Positions 1 to 12,075 of a DNA stretch of 64,000 bases are shown here, in pieces. The notes under the pieces were generated by a model that had not been told where the DNA came from, did no database searches, and saw nothing but the letters and a program-made list of their open reading frames with translations. Both the position numbers and the translations under genes were made by a program. Numbering within the stretch: the first letter of the stretch is position 1; every line of letters starts with the position of its first letter. The stretch is from Ophelia neglecta. Taxonomy: Eukaryota. Where the stretch lies: the NCBI GenBank assembly GCA_965285935.1, contig OZ260665.1, positions 16,740,001 to 16,804,000 of the forward strand. The letters run 5' to 3'.

Positions 1-1007
1 AAGATACATATTGTAACAAATGTGTTAGAAAATAATAGGCAAATAAACAAATTACTACTTAAAACGTAAAAAAATCTGTCAACGAGGTATTTGAGTTGCA
101 TTATGGTTAATCATAAAAGTGTCAACAACAAAGAAGCTATAGGTTGAACTAGTTGGCATGCAGGCATACAATCATTGTTAGCTAAAAAATAATAATAGAA
201 CAATTATATCGTTCCTTACCTTAATCAGTGACCCCTGGATTATCATTGAAGTATTGGATTCTATATATTGGGAATAGGATAATCCTTGTCGTGTGTCAAA
301 ATTAAATATATTATCCCAAGACCGCGACACGGCCGCCGTGGAGACCATTTGGAGTTTAAGACGACATGTAATGTCGTCAGACGCTATGACGTATACTTGA
401 CCTCGGGTCGACCTTGTCATGTAAGACTTTCACCTGACGCGGTATCAATGATAGACTTTAATTGTGAAATGATCTGACCTTTATTCTCAGCGCGCAAGGT
501 TTTCTATCGGTGGCCTCGTCACAGCGGGGTATTGGCGGACGAATTAATCACACCCCACACAGGATACAGGGTTAAAGAAATGTCACAACACACTTTTTCT
601 TTTAAATTTCAAAGTTTAGGTGATTTTTATGAACCGAAGCCGCGTGGCTTATCATACCAAGGGTGCAATTCACTATTACTCGCTCCGTTATCTAAGAAAA
701 AGTTCTGTTTTATCCAAGACAAATAACACGGCAACACGGCAAACCACCACTTCCGGCTGTATATTTTGCAATAAAATCTAGACTTCTATTTTCATTTTAA
801 TTAAATCAAAACACGCTTAAAGATTTGGTCGATTACCCAGCCACACACGAGAGACTTCTAGAGAAGAGCTCTGATTCATCGCCTTCTGTTAAATAGAGAC
901 TATGTGCTCATATTAGGCATGGTTTACGCGGCGATCAAATTTACAATCTCCGAGGGGAGACGGTATAGCCTATATATTTTATTGGTTAGATTTAACAGTA
1001 AACAGTA

Positions 1008-1275
1008 TGCTTGCTCGGGTTATCTAAGTGGTATATTTACTTGCTCGGAGACACGTCAGTAGCCTATATTCTTTTGATCGGGGACATCACAGCGGCCAAT
1101 ATGCTTGCTCGGGACATACCAGTAGCCTATATATTCTTGCACGGGGACAATGACATGTTTGACCCAATAAAATAAATGTCATTGTCATTGTCATTGTCAT
1201 TGCCAGTAGCCTATATATTCTTGCTCGGGGACATTTCAGTTGCCTACACTGTATATGTTTGCTCGGGACATTTCC
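1008..1275 (+). repeat. Degenerate ~30-33 bp minisatellite (TTGCTCGGGACAT..CAGTAGCCTATAT); counterpart at ~8268-8445
   Basis: Repeated TTGCTCGG(G)ACA / AGTAGCCTATA units; unit composition differs between copies A and B. Confidence 0.85.
1150..1202 (+). mobile_element. ~53 bp insertion resembling the 3' end of a non-LTR retrotransposon (AATAAA plus (TGTCAT)4 tail)
   Basis: Interrupts one minisatellite unit in copy A and is absent from copy B; contains AATAAAATAAA followed by TGTCATTGTCATTGTCATTGTCATTG. Confidence 0.5.
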
Positions 1276-1715
1276 CGATCAAGGTATTTCGCGCAGAAAA
1301 AGATTATTTTTCCAATCAGGGAAATGTTTGTGTGAGGACCTAACCGATGCTAGAACCAAGTTGGTCTATCAATGTCATCAGTCACAGCCGAGACCGAGAC
1401 CTTTTATTACAATAAAGATGGTGAGTAGACCGACTCTAGTCGGAGGTATGCAACGAGAGACACCCACAGGATTTAATATTGCGCGACCAGGTTTAGAGCA
1501 CTCTGGGTTTAGTAATCCGTTAACTCACCCCCTGTCAGGGGCGGCAGGGGGGGGGGGGAGGCTAGGAGAGGGTTAATATATAAATGACGAGAGGATACTG
1601 GGTCTAGCGGTAACCAATTTGCCAGGGACGACTGATCCCGAGCCGGTGTTCTGTTGTTTTATACAGGAGCGGTTGGCTGAGTAGCTGTGACAGGTATTGG
1701 TGGGCCCGGGTCTCG

Positions 1716-1815
1716 NNNNNNNNNNNNNNNNNNNNNNNNNNNNNNNNNNNNNNNNNNNNNNNNNNNNNNNNNNNNNNNNNNNNNNNNNNNNNNNNNNNNN
1801 NNNNNNNNNNNNNNN
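1716..1815. other. Assembly gap (100 N, probably unknown size)
   Basis: Run of N. Confidence 1.
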
Positions 1816-4800
1816 CTCCCCGTCCCCACAACCCTCCTTCCCCTATTATCTCCCCGCCCCACAACCCTCCCTACCCTCTTATCTCCCCGCCCCACACCCT
1901 CCTTCCCCTCTTCTCTCCCCGCCCCACAACACTCCTTCCCCTATTATCTCCCCGTCCCCACAACCCTCCTTCCCCTCTTATCTCCCCGTCCCCAGAACAC
2001 TCCTTCCCCTCTTATCTCCCCGCCCCACACCCTACCTCCCCTCTTATCTCTCCGTCCCCATAACCCTCCTTCCCCTCTTATCTCCCCGCCCCACATCCTC
2101 CCTCCCCTCTTATCTCCCCGTCCCCACAACACTCCTTCCCCCCTTCTCTCCCCGCCCACATAACCCTCCTTCCCCTCTTATCTCCCCGTCCCCACAACAC
2201 TCCTTCCCCTCTTATCTCCCCGCCCCACACCCTCCCTCCCCTCTTATCTCCCCGTCCCCACAACACTCCTTCCCCTCTTCTCTCCCCGCCCCACAACACT
2301 CCTTCCCCTCTTATCTCCCCGTCCCCACACCCTCCCTCCCCTCTTATCTCCCCGTCCCCACAACCCTCCCTCCCCTCTTCTCTCCCCGTCCCCACAACAC
2401 TCCTTCCCCTCTTATCTCCCCGTCCCCACAACACTCCTTCCCCTCTTATCTCCCCGCCCCACACCCTCCCTCCCCTCTTCTCTCCCCGTCCCCACAACAC
2501 TCCTTCCCCTCTTATCTCCCCGTCCCCACAACACTCCTTCCCCTCTTATCTCCCCGCCCCACACCCTCCCTCCCCTCTTATCTCCCCGTCCCCATAACCC
2601 TCCTTCCCCTCTTATCTCACCGCCCCACACCCTCCCTCCCCTCTTATCTCCCCGTCCCCATAACCCTCCTTCCCATCTTATCTCCCCGTCCCCACAACAA
2701 TCCTTCCCCCCTTCTCTCCCCGCCCACATAACTCTCCTTCCCCTCTTATCTCCCCGTCCCCACAACACTCCTTCCCCTCTTATCTCCCCGTCCCAACAAT
2801 ACTCCTTCCCCCCTTCTCTCCCCGCCCACATAACCCTCCTTCCCCTCTTCTCTCCCCGCCCCACAACACTCCTTCCCCTATTATCTCCCCGTCCCCACAA
2901 CCCTCCTTCCCCTCTTATCTCCCCGTCCCCAGAACACTCCTTCCCCTCTTATCTCCCCGCCCCACACCCTACCTCCCCTCTTATCTCTCCGTCCCCATAA
3001 CCCTCCTTCCCCTCTTATCTCCCCGCCCCACATCCTCCCTCCCCTCTTATCTCCCCGTCCCCACAACACTCCTTCCCCCCTTCTCTCCCCGCCCACATAA
3101 CCCTCCTTCCCCTCTTATCTCCCCGTCCCCACAACACTCCTTCCCCTCTTATCTCCCCGCCCCACACCCTCCCTCCCCTCTTATCTCCCCGTCCCCACAA
3201 CACTCCTTCCCCTCTTCTCTCCCCGCCCCACAACACTCCTTCCCCTCTTATCTCCCCGTCCCCACACCCTCCCTCCCCTCTTATCTCCCCGTCCCCACAA
3301 CCCTCCCTCCCCTCTTCTCTCCCCGTCCCCACAACACTCCTTCCCCTCTTATCTCCCCGTCCCCACAACACTCCTTCCCCTCTTATCTCCCCGCCCCACA
3401 CCCTCCCTCCCCTCTTCTCTCCCCGTCCCCACAACACTCCTTCCCCTCTTATCTCCCCGTCCCCACAACACTCCTTCCCCTCTTATCTCCCCGCCCCACA
3501 CCCTCCCTCCCCTCTTATCTCCCCGTCCCCATAACCCTCCTTCCCCTCTTATCTCACCGCCCCACACCCTCCCTCCCCTCTTATCTCCCCGTCCCCATAA
3601 CCCTCCTTCCCATCTTATCTCCCCGTCCCCACAACAATCCTTCCCCCCTTCTCTCCCCGCCCACATAACTCTCCTTCCCCTCTTATCTCCCCGTCCCCAC
3701 AACACTCCTTCCCCTCTTATCTCCCCGTCCCAACAATACTCCTTCCCCCCTTCTCTCCCCGCCCACATAACCCTCCTTCCCCTCTTCTCTCCCCGCCCCA
3801 CAACACTCCTTCCCCTCTTATCTCCCCGTCCCCACAAACCTCCTTCCCCTATTATCTCCCCGCCCCCACAACCCTCCCTCCCCTCTTATCTCCCCGCCCC
3901 ACACCCTCCTTCCCCTCTTCTCTCCCCGCCCCACAACACTCCTTCCCCTCTTATCTCCCCGTCCCCACAACCCTCCTTCCCCTCTTATCTCCCCGTCCCC
4001 ACAACACTCCTTCCCCTCTTATCTCCCCGCCCCACACCCTACCTCCCCTCTTATCTCTCCGTCCCCATAACCCTCCTTCCCCTCTTATCTCCCCGTCCCC
4101 ATAACCCTCCTTCCCCTCTTATCTCCCCGCCCCACATCCTCCCTCCCCTCTTATCTCCCCGTCCCCACAACACTCCTTCCCCCCTTCTCTCCCCGCCCAC
4201 ATAACCCTCCTTCCCCTCTTATCTCCCCGTCCCCACAACACTCCTTCCCCTCTTATCTCCCCGTCCCCACAACACTCCTTCCCCTCTTATCTGCCCGCCC
4301 CACACCCTCCCTCCCCTCTTATCTCCCCGTCCCCACAACACTCCTTCCCCTCTTATCTGCCCGCCCCACACGCTCCCTCCCCTCTTATCTCCCCGTCCCC
4401 ACAACACTCCTTCCCCTCTTATCTGCCCGCCCCACACCCTCCCTCCCCTCTTATCTCCCCGTCCCCACAACACTCCTTCCCCTCTTCTCTCCCCGCCCCA
4501 CAACACTCCCTCCCCTCTTATCTCCCCGTCCCCACAACACTCCTTCCCCTCTTATCTGCCCGCCCCACACGCTCCCTCCCCTCTTATCTCCCCGTCCCCA
4601 CAACACTCCTTCCCCTCTTATCTGCCCGCCCCACACCCTCCCTCCCCTCTTATCTCCCCGTCCCCACAACACTCCTTCCCCTCTTATCTCCCCGCCCCAC
4701 ACCCTCCCTCCCCTCTTATCTCCCCGTCCCCATAACCCTCCTTCCCCTCTTATCTCCCCGTCCCCACAACACTCCTTCCCCTCTTATCTCCCCGCCCAAC

Positions 4801-5875
4801 ACCCTCCCTCCCCTCTTATGTCCCCGTCCCCACAACCCTCCTTCCCCTCTTATCTCCCCGCCCCACAACACTCCTTCCCCTCTTATCTCCCCGTCCCCAC
4901 AACACTCCTTCCCCTCTTATCTCCCCGTCCCCACAACACTCCTTCCCCTCTTATCTCCCCGCCCCACACCCTCCCTCCCCTCTTATCTTCCCATCCCCAC
5001 AACACTCCTTCCCCTCTTATCTCCCCGCCCCACACCCTCCCTCCCCTCTTATCTTCCCGTCCCCATAACCCTCCTTCCCCTCTTATCTCCCCGTCCCCAT
5101 AACCCTCCTTCCCCTCTTATCTTCCCGTCCCCACAACACTCCTTCCCCTCTTATCTCCCCGTCCCCATAACCCTCCTTCCCCTCTTATCTCCCCGTCCCC
5201 ACAACACTCCTTCCCCTCTTATCTCCCCGCCCCACAACACTCCTTCCCCTCTTATCTCCCCGTCCCCACAACACTCCTTCCCCTCTTATCTGCCCGCCCC
5301 ACACCCTCCCTCCCCTCTTATCTTCCCGTTCCCATAACCCTCCCTCCCCTCTTCTCTCCCCGCCCCACAACACTCCTTCCCCTCTTATCTGCCCGCCCCA
5401 CACCCTCCCTCTTCTCTTATCTCCCCGTCCCCACAACACTCCTTCCCCTCTTATCTCCCCGTCCCCACAACACTCCTTCCCCTCTTATCTCCCCGCCCCA
5501 CACCCTCCCTCCCCTCTTATCTTCCCGTCCCCACAACACTCCTTCCCCTCTTATCTCCCCGCCCCACACCCTCCCTCCCCTCTTATCTTCCCGTCCCCAT
5601 AACCCTCCTTCCCCTCTTATCTCCCCGTCCCCATAACCCTCCTTCCCCTCTTATCTTCCCGTCCCCACAACACTCCTTCCCCTCTTCTCTCCCCGCCCCA
5701 CACCCTCCCACCCCTCTTATCTTCCCGTCCCCATAACCCTCCTTCCCCTCTTATCTCCCCGTCCCCACAACACTCCTTCCCCTCTTATCTCACCGTCCCC
5801 ACAACCCTTCTTCCCCTCTTCTCTCACCGCCCACATAACCCTCCTACACCTCTCCTTTTTCCGCCCCCAACAACC
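1816..5875. repeat. C/T-rich minisatellite array with mixed ~32-34 bp units (CCCCTCTTATCTCCCCGTCCCCACAACACTCCTT / CCCCTCTTATCTCCCCGCCCCACACCCTCCCT)
   Basis: About 4 kb of direct tandem units; extreme strand skew with roughly one G per unit on the + strand. Confidence 0.98.
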
Positions 5876-5884
5876 CTCATTCCC

Positions 5885-6200
5885 CCGTTCTCTGTTCTCC
5901 TCTATCGGCCTCCTACCCCTCTCCACTCCCCCATACCCTTCCTTCCCCTCCCTCCTACCCCTCTCCACTCCCCCTTCCCCTTCCTCCCTGCTCTCCTCTA
6001 TCGGCCTCCTACGCCTCTTCACTTTCCCATACGCCTCCTCCTCCTCTTCTCACCCACCCCCACGACCCTCCCTCCCCTTCCTCTCTGGCCTCCTCTATCT
6101 GCCTCCTACGCCTCTCCACTCCCCCATACCCTTCCTTCCCCTTCCTCCCTGCTCTCCTCTATCGGCCTCCTACCCCTCCCCACTTCCCCATACCCTCACT
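5885..6200. repeat. Degenerate pyrimidine-rich repeats (CTCCTCTATCGGCCTCCTAC...CCCCATACCCT) flanking the array
   Basis: Motif recurs 3-4 times. Confidence 0.7.
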
Positions 6201-7104
6201 TCTCCCAGTCCGCTTCCAGCCTTGACCGACTTAACCCAGCCGTAAACTCACACGAAGGAAGTCTCTGCGGTCGATTCGGAGGCTAATTACGGTAATTAGA
6301 ATTGACACCTGTGCGTCCCGCTAGGGGTCAGGCGCTGAGGCTAGTCCGCGGCAGGGGAGTGGGTCTAAGAGCTAGGGAACGGTCTTCGATACCCAAGAAG
6401 GTGTGAAACAAGACATGGGCTTCCCTAAACACTCTCAAATCGTAAGTCTGAAAGAACGCCATAGTTATTGAATTTAAAAAACGAAAAATTGACCTTCAAG
6501 AAAAACCCTGATATTCTGGAGGATGTATTTGGCATGTTATTATGCCAACGTTGTCATGTAAAATTCAAATTAAACAGACTTTCTAAAGCAACTCAACATA
6601 GCTACATGAATTTCTACGGATATCCTTAGTGAGGGCGACCCCCCCCCCCCCCCCTGCAATGGTTGAATCCCACCCCACAACCACCCCACCACCACACCAG
6701 CACCACCACTACCACCACTCCCCGTATTGTTTTTAGCAGAGATCGCATTATCCTGGGACTTCAATGGATGGCGTATTTAGACTCCTCTTCGACCTGTTCA
6801 CTCCCTCTGCTCTATTCTCTGCGGATGTGTGACATCCTAGCTAATATGTCCTGACATAACAGCAAAAGTGACGTCCTAAACTCGCCTGATATCGCCCATA
6901 AAGTCAAATCTCGCGAGAAAACCCATCCACCAAGTCCCCGAGTCGATCACCCCGTCCTCCGAGCTCGGCCCTAAGTGACTCGGGAGTCTCCAAGCGCGGC
7001 CTACTCCCTCGGGCTCCTTCTCAGCCACGCACAATACCACTTCAATAAATCTATATAGGCTACATGTAGGTCGTTTATTTAATAATATTATTATATTCGG
7101 TACA

Positions 7105-7218
7105 CAGTGAATCTGTAAATTGAGACCACTCGAAGGACTGCCAAAAATACTGGTCTGAACATGGAGGTGGTCTGTTTAGACAGGTTATGTTACGTTTAAA
7201 GTATTAATGGTTTCACTG
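7105..7218 (+). mobile_element. Internally deleted Tc1/mariner-type MITE (family 1)
   Basis: CAGTGAA..GAGACCAC..GGACTG..AATACTGGTCTG..GAGGTGGTCTG..GGTTTCACTG followed by TA. Confidence 0.8.
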
Positions 7219-7257
7219 TACTATCTTTCATTGACATATTTGTATATATATTTATAG

Positions 7258-8881
7258 AAGATACATATTGTAACAAATATGTAAGCAAACAATAGGCAAA
7301 TGAACAAATTACTACTTGAAACGTAAAAAAATCTGTCAACGAGGTATTTGAGTTGCATTGTGGTTAATCATGAAAGTGTCAACAACAAAGAAGCTATAGG
7401 TTGAACTAGTTGGCATGCAGGCATACAATCATTGTTAGCTAAAAAATAATAATAGAACAATTATATCGTTCCTTACCTTAATCATCGACCCCTGGATTAT
7501 CATTGAAGTATTGGATTCTATATATTGGGAATAGGATTATCCTCAGTGTCGTGTGTCAAAGTTAAATATATTATCCCAAGACCGCGACACGGCCGCCGTG
7601 GAGACCATTTGGAGTTTAAGACGACATGTAATGTCGTCAGACGCTATGACGTATACTTGACCTCGGGTCGACCTTGTCATGTAAGACTTTCACCTGACGC
7701 GGTATCAATGATAGACTTTAATTGTGAAATGATCTGACCTTTATTCTCAGCGCGCAAGGTTTTCTATCGGTGGCCTCGTCACAGCGGGGTATTGGCGGAC
7801 GAATTAATCACATCCCACACAGGATACAGGGTTAAAGAAATGTCACAACACACTTTTTCTTTTAAATTTCAAAGTTTAGGTGATTTTTATGAACCGAAGC
7901 CGCGTGGCTTATCATACCAAGGGTGCAATTCACTATTACTCGCTCCGTTATCTAAGAAAAAGTTCTGTTTTATCCAAGACAAATAACACGGCAACACGGC
8001 AAACCACCACTTCCGGCTGTATATTTTGCAATAAAATCTAGACTTCTATTTTCATTTTAATTAAATCAAAACACGCTTAAAGATTTGGTCGATTACCCAG
8101 CCACACACGAGAGACTTCTGGAGAAGAGCTCTGATTCATCGCCTTCTGTTAAATAGAGACTATGTGCTCATATTAGGTATGGTTGACGCGGCGATCAAAT
8201 TTACAATCTCCGAGGGGAGACGGCATAGCCTATTTATTTTATTGATTACATTAAACAGTAAACAGTATGCTTGCTCGGGTTATCTCAGTGGTATATTTAC
8301 TTGCTCGGAGACACGTCAGTAGCCTATATTCTTTTGATCGGGGACATCACAGCGGCCAATATTCTTGCTCGGGGACATTTCAGTTGCCTATATTCTTGGC
8401 CGGGGACATTTCAGTTGCCTATATGATTGCTCGGGACATTTCCCGATCAAGGTATAACGCGCAGAAAAAGATCTTTTTTCCAATCAGGGAAATGTTTGTG
8501 TGAGGACCTAACCGATGCTAGAACCAAGTTGGTCTATCAATGTCATCAGTCACAGCCGAGACCTATTATTACAATAAAGATGGTGAGTAGACCGACTCTA
8601 GTCGGAGGTATGCAACGAGGGACACCCACAGGATTTAATATTGCGCGACCAGGTTTAGGTTTAGAGCACTCTGGGTTTATTAATCCGTTAACTCACCCCC
8701 TGTCAGGGGCGGCAGGGGGGGGGGAGGCTAGGAGAGGGTTATTATACAAATGACGAGAGGATACTGGGTCTAGCAGTGACCAATTTGCCAGGGACGACTG
8801 ATCCCGAGCCGGTGTTCTGTTGTTTTATACAGGAGCGGTTGGCTGAGTAGCTGTGACAGGTATTGGTGGGCCCGGGTCACG
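7258..8881 (+). repeat. Copy B of the ~1.7 kb duplication (probable alternate haplotype)
   Basis: Differs from copy A by scattered SNPs and small indels. Confidence 0.95.
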
Positions 8882-9295
8882 GGGTAGGACTGACTTCCTG
8901 TGCTGGGAGCGAGGCAGGGATGTCTTAGAAGGGAAAACGTCGAGGGGTCACAGAGACCGAATGAGGGAAGGGGCGGGGGCGGAGGGGGAGGGGGGGGGCG
9001 GAGGGGGGGGGGTAAAGCTGGCAGATAGCACTCGGGGTTCTGGCCAATACGATAGGGTGGAAACTGCTCCCTTTCTCCTCCACCGACCCTCTCCAAGAAC
9101 CCGTCATTTTCTACATCTTCCCCTACAAAACCGTTCATCTCCTCGCCACATATTAAAAACACTCTCTTTCTTCCACTCAACGCTCCTTAAAGATACAATC
9201 GAGTGATGAATTGTTGTATCTCTTCATTTTAGCCTACCTCATCTTTCCCTTCCACGCAATCCCTCCCCATTCTCCTCCCGTCCCATCCTCCTCCC

Positions 9296-9460
9296 NNNNN
9301 NNNNNNNNNNNNNNNNNNNNNNNNNNNNNNNNNNNNNNNNNNNNNNNNNNNNNNNNNNNNNNNNNNNNNNNNNNNNNNNNNNNNNNNNNNNNNNNNNNNN
9401 NNNNNNNNNNNNNNNNNNNNNNNNNNNNNNNNNNNNNNNNNNNNNNNNNNNNNNNNNNNN
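9296..9460. other. Assembly gap (165 N) within a C-rich tract
   Basis: Run of N. Confidence 1.
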
Positions 9461-9833
9461 CTCCTCTCTCCTTCTCTCTCCTCCCCGCTCCTCCCCTCCC
9501 CCATCTCCCCTCCCCTCCCCTCCTTACCACGATCCCCCCCCCCCCGCTCTCCGCTCCGGGGATGATGAATGAACCCGCTTACCCCACCTCGGAGTTCACC
9601 TCCACTCGGCAGAGGAATCGAAGGCTCTCGCTCGGCCGTCTGATCTTTGATACAGACCATCCATCAGTCAGTCTCGCGAGATCTCGCGTGAACCTCCGCG
9701 GTCCAGCAAGGGGCCAGGAGTCCATATCCTATCATCATTTTTTTATCTCCAAGGCCGGATACTTTGATACTTCCACATGGTTCGATGATATTAAGAAGGT
9801 TGTTTTCTGTTCATCTGTTTCCAATATATCATA

Positions 9834-10004
9834 AAGTGAAACCTGTGACACCCCAAGGGACTGGAAAATACTGGTTTGATTATAGAGGTAGCCTGCTTAC
9901 ACAGGTTATTTTTCATTGGTAATGTACATCATAATCGTCTAATGAGTGGTTTGGATTGAGAGGTGGTCTCAACAAAGAGGTAGTCTAGAAGGCAGGTTTC
10001 ATTG
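9834..10004 (+). mobile_element. MITE family 1, diverged copy (first half of a tandem dimer)
   Basis: TA-AAGTGAAACCTG...CAGGTTTCATTG-TA. Confidence 0.85.
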
Positions 10005-10006
10005 TA

Positions 10007-10184
10007 CAGTGAAACCTGTGAATTAAGACCACCCAACGGACTGGAAAATACTGGTCTGGTTATGGAGGTGGTCTGTTTAGACAGGTTATTTTACATTGCA
10101 AATATACAGTGTGGTCTTTTAATAAGTGGTCTGAATTGCCAGGTGGTCTGAATACAGAGGGGGTCTATAAGGCAGGTCTCAGTG
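10007..10184 (+). mobile_element. MITE family 1, full length (second half of the tandem dimer)
   Basis: TA-CAGTGAAACCTG...CAGGTCTCAGTG-TA; shares the TA at 10005-10006 with the previous copy. Confidence 0.9.
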
Positions 10185-10815
10185 TACATCTACGGAATAA
10201 AAATAGCCCTATTGTTAGTATGCTTTTTTCCACATGCCATAAAGAAATCTGAGGTCTAAACATTTCTTATTAAAACAAAGACTAATGTTTAGATAGAGAG
10301 TTTAAGATACTAAATTTAAGGTAATATTTTCTCGCGCATCTCTCTAAATAATTTTTTTTTATGTGGAAGGCCGAGTTGGTCGTTTTGTGAGCAGCCCGGA
10401 ACGTTCCGTGTTTTAGTATCGGCCCTGGTGGCTAACAGGCTGATCCCGCTTGGCTCCCTCTACCCGCAGTTTGCCCCTTACACAACTCCCACTTCAGACT
10501 CCAACCCGTAACCCCAGCCCCAATTTGTAATCGTATCTCTCCCCGATCGCTTCGCTGTATAATTGTCTCCGCGGAGGAAAAAAGATCCGATAATTCGGTG
10601 ATAATTTGGTGGAAATTACCGGTTAATGACAAAACAGAAAGATTTGATTTCACAATTTCGCACCAAAGAATGATAGAGTGCGGCATAGAACAGGAAATGA
10701 CATCAATTAGGACTACTACTCCTACTGGCAAGCAGAAGACAAACTCAGTGTTAGACATAGAAAGCTTTTATTAGTAAATCTGTGAATTGGCTAAAACTAA
10801 GATTACCGTAAACTA

Positions 10816-10993
10816 CAGTGAAGCCTGCCTTAAAGACCACCTCCAAATTCGGACCACTTGCCAATTCAGACCACTAGTCTGAAGACCATACTGCACACTT
10901 TCACTATAAAATAACCTGTCTAAACAGACTACCTCTATAATCAGACCAGTATTTTCCAGTCCCTGGGGTCGTCTCAATTCACAGGTTTCACTG
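10816..10993 (-). mobile_element. MITE family 1, full length
   Basis: TA-CAGTGAAGCCTG...CAGGTTTCACTG-TA; internal sequence is the reverse complement of 10007-10184. Confidence 0.92.
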
Positions 10994-12075
10994 TATTTAA
11001 ATTTCAAATCCCATAGACCTGGCCTATAACTGAATTAATAGAAAAAAAGAACTGGCACGAATTAAAAGAACTTTCTTGTTTCTGCTTGAGTGGTGACTGG
11101 CTGTTGATAGTAGAAATCCATATTTTTAGGTTGATATTAAGAAGTTAAATAATGTTTTGTTTTCTGGGATTACGCACCGACCCCATAAGCTCCCCAGACT
11201 CCCCTTAGGGAGGGGACTCCCAACCCACGTAGATTTCTTTTGTGTGCTATCTTGGTATATTGTTTATCGCCGGTGAGTAAACTCGAAATTTCTTTCATTC
11301 TGGTCCTGGGTTATGAGAGCATCTGTTTGGTCTTTCATGTTTGATTGGGAGGTAGGGGAGAAGCCATTTTGACATTTCCGGGACGTATGTTCCGTGACAT
11401 TCTGTACGCTTACTACTTACCACTCTAATGAGGAATGAGATTGTGTCAGCCCCAGTCCTTTGGCAAGATATTTGTGATAGTAATTCTCGGAACCGGCTTT
11501 GTTTTTTCCATCTTCTCTCCGTTTTAATGTCTTCTACAAAGTGCTCGCCTCTGATCAGTCCGTGGCAGTATTGTCGGCTGCAAATGTCCCCTGCAAACGG
11601 CCGCGGAACCCTCATTTGTGTCGTCGCCCCTTTCATCTTTGATGTGCAGGAAACAAAAGACCCGAGAGCTTCAAACAAGAGGCTGGGGAATGAGGTAGGG
11701 ACGCTGAGTAGATGGCAGGGCGAGATCACGTGAGTTCTCGTGAGATCTGAGCACGCACACGACACTGAGGTTCCCGCCATTACCGGGCCCCAAGCAATCC
11801 GACTCTTTTCCCGCCACCCCGTGTCACCATGGGAACACGACAGTGTCGTCTGCTCCTTAGAAGTTGGCAGATTTTTGCCGGTAAACCCATTGTGGCTCTT
11901 TTCCCCTCAAATAGGCTGGCAGACCAAAGCACTGCCATCCCGCGGCCTGATTACTCCACTCCCTTTCATCTTCCTCCGCGCCTTTCTTTACCATATTCTT
12001 TTGAGATTCATTAAAATTGCCGCAGGAAAAATATAGAGAAAAATAGCAGCAGACAATACTATGCAGATAAGAGCA

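Larger units (their letters stand above)
1..1715 (+). repeat. Copy A of a ~1.7 kb direct duplication (may extend left of the window; ends at an N-gap)
   Basis: Colinear with 7258-8881 from AAGATACATATTGTAACAAAT to GGTGGGCCCGGGTC; the ORF track gives near-identical peptides (532-726 vs 7792-7986). Confidence 0.95.

Noticed and set aside
182-218. Minus-strand GTAAGG donor and TTTTTTAG acceptor
   Set aside because: The implied 37 nt intron is too short for a typical animal intron
1697-6022. Long Pro/Ser- or Gly/Arg-rich ORFs (up to 344 aa)
   Set aside because: Translations of the 32/34 bp minisatellite and the N-gap; unit lengths shift frame
11420-11590. Minus-strand segment between TTTGCAG and GTAAGT within a 161 aa ORF
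   Set aside because: Poor pyrimidine tract and unrecognisable peptide; compatible with chance
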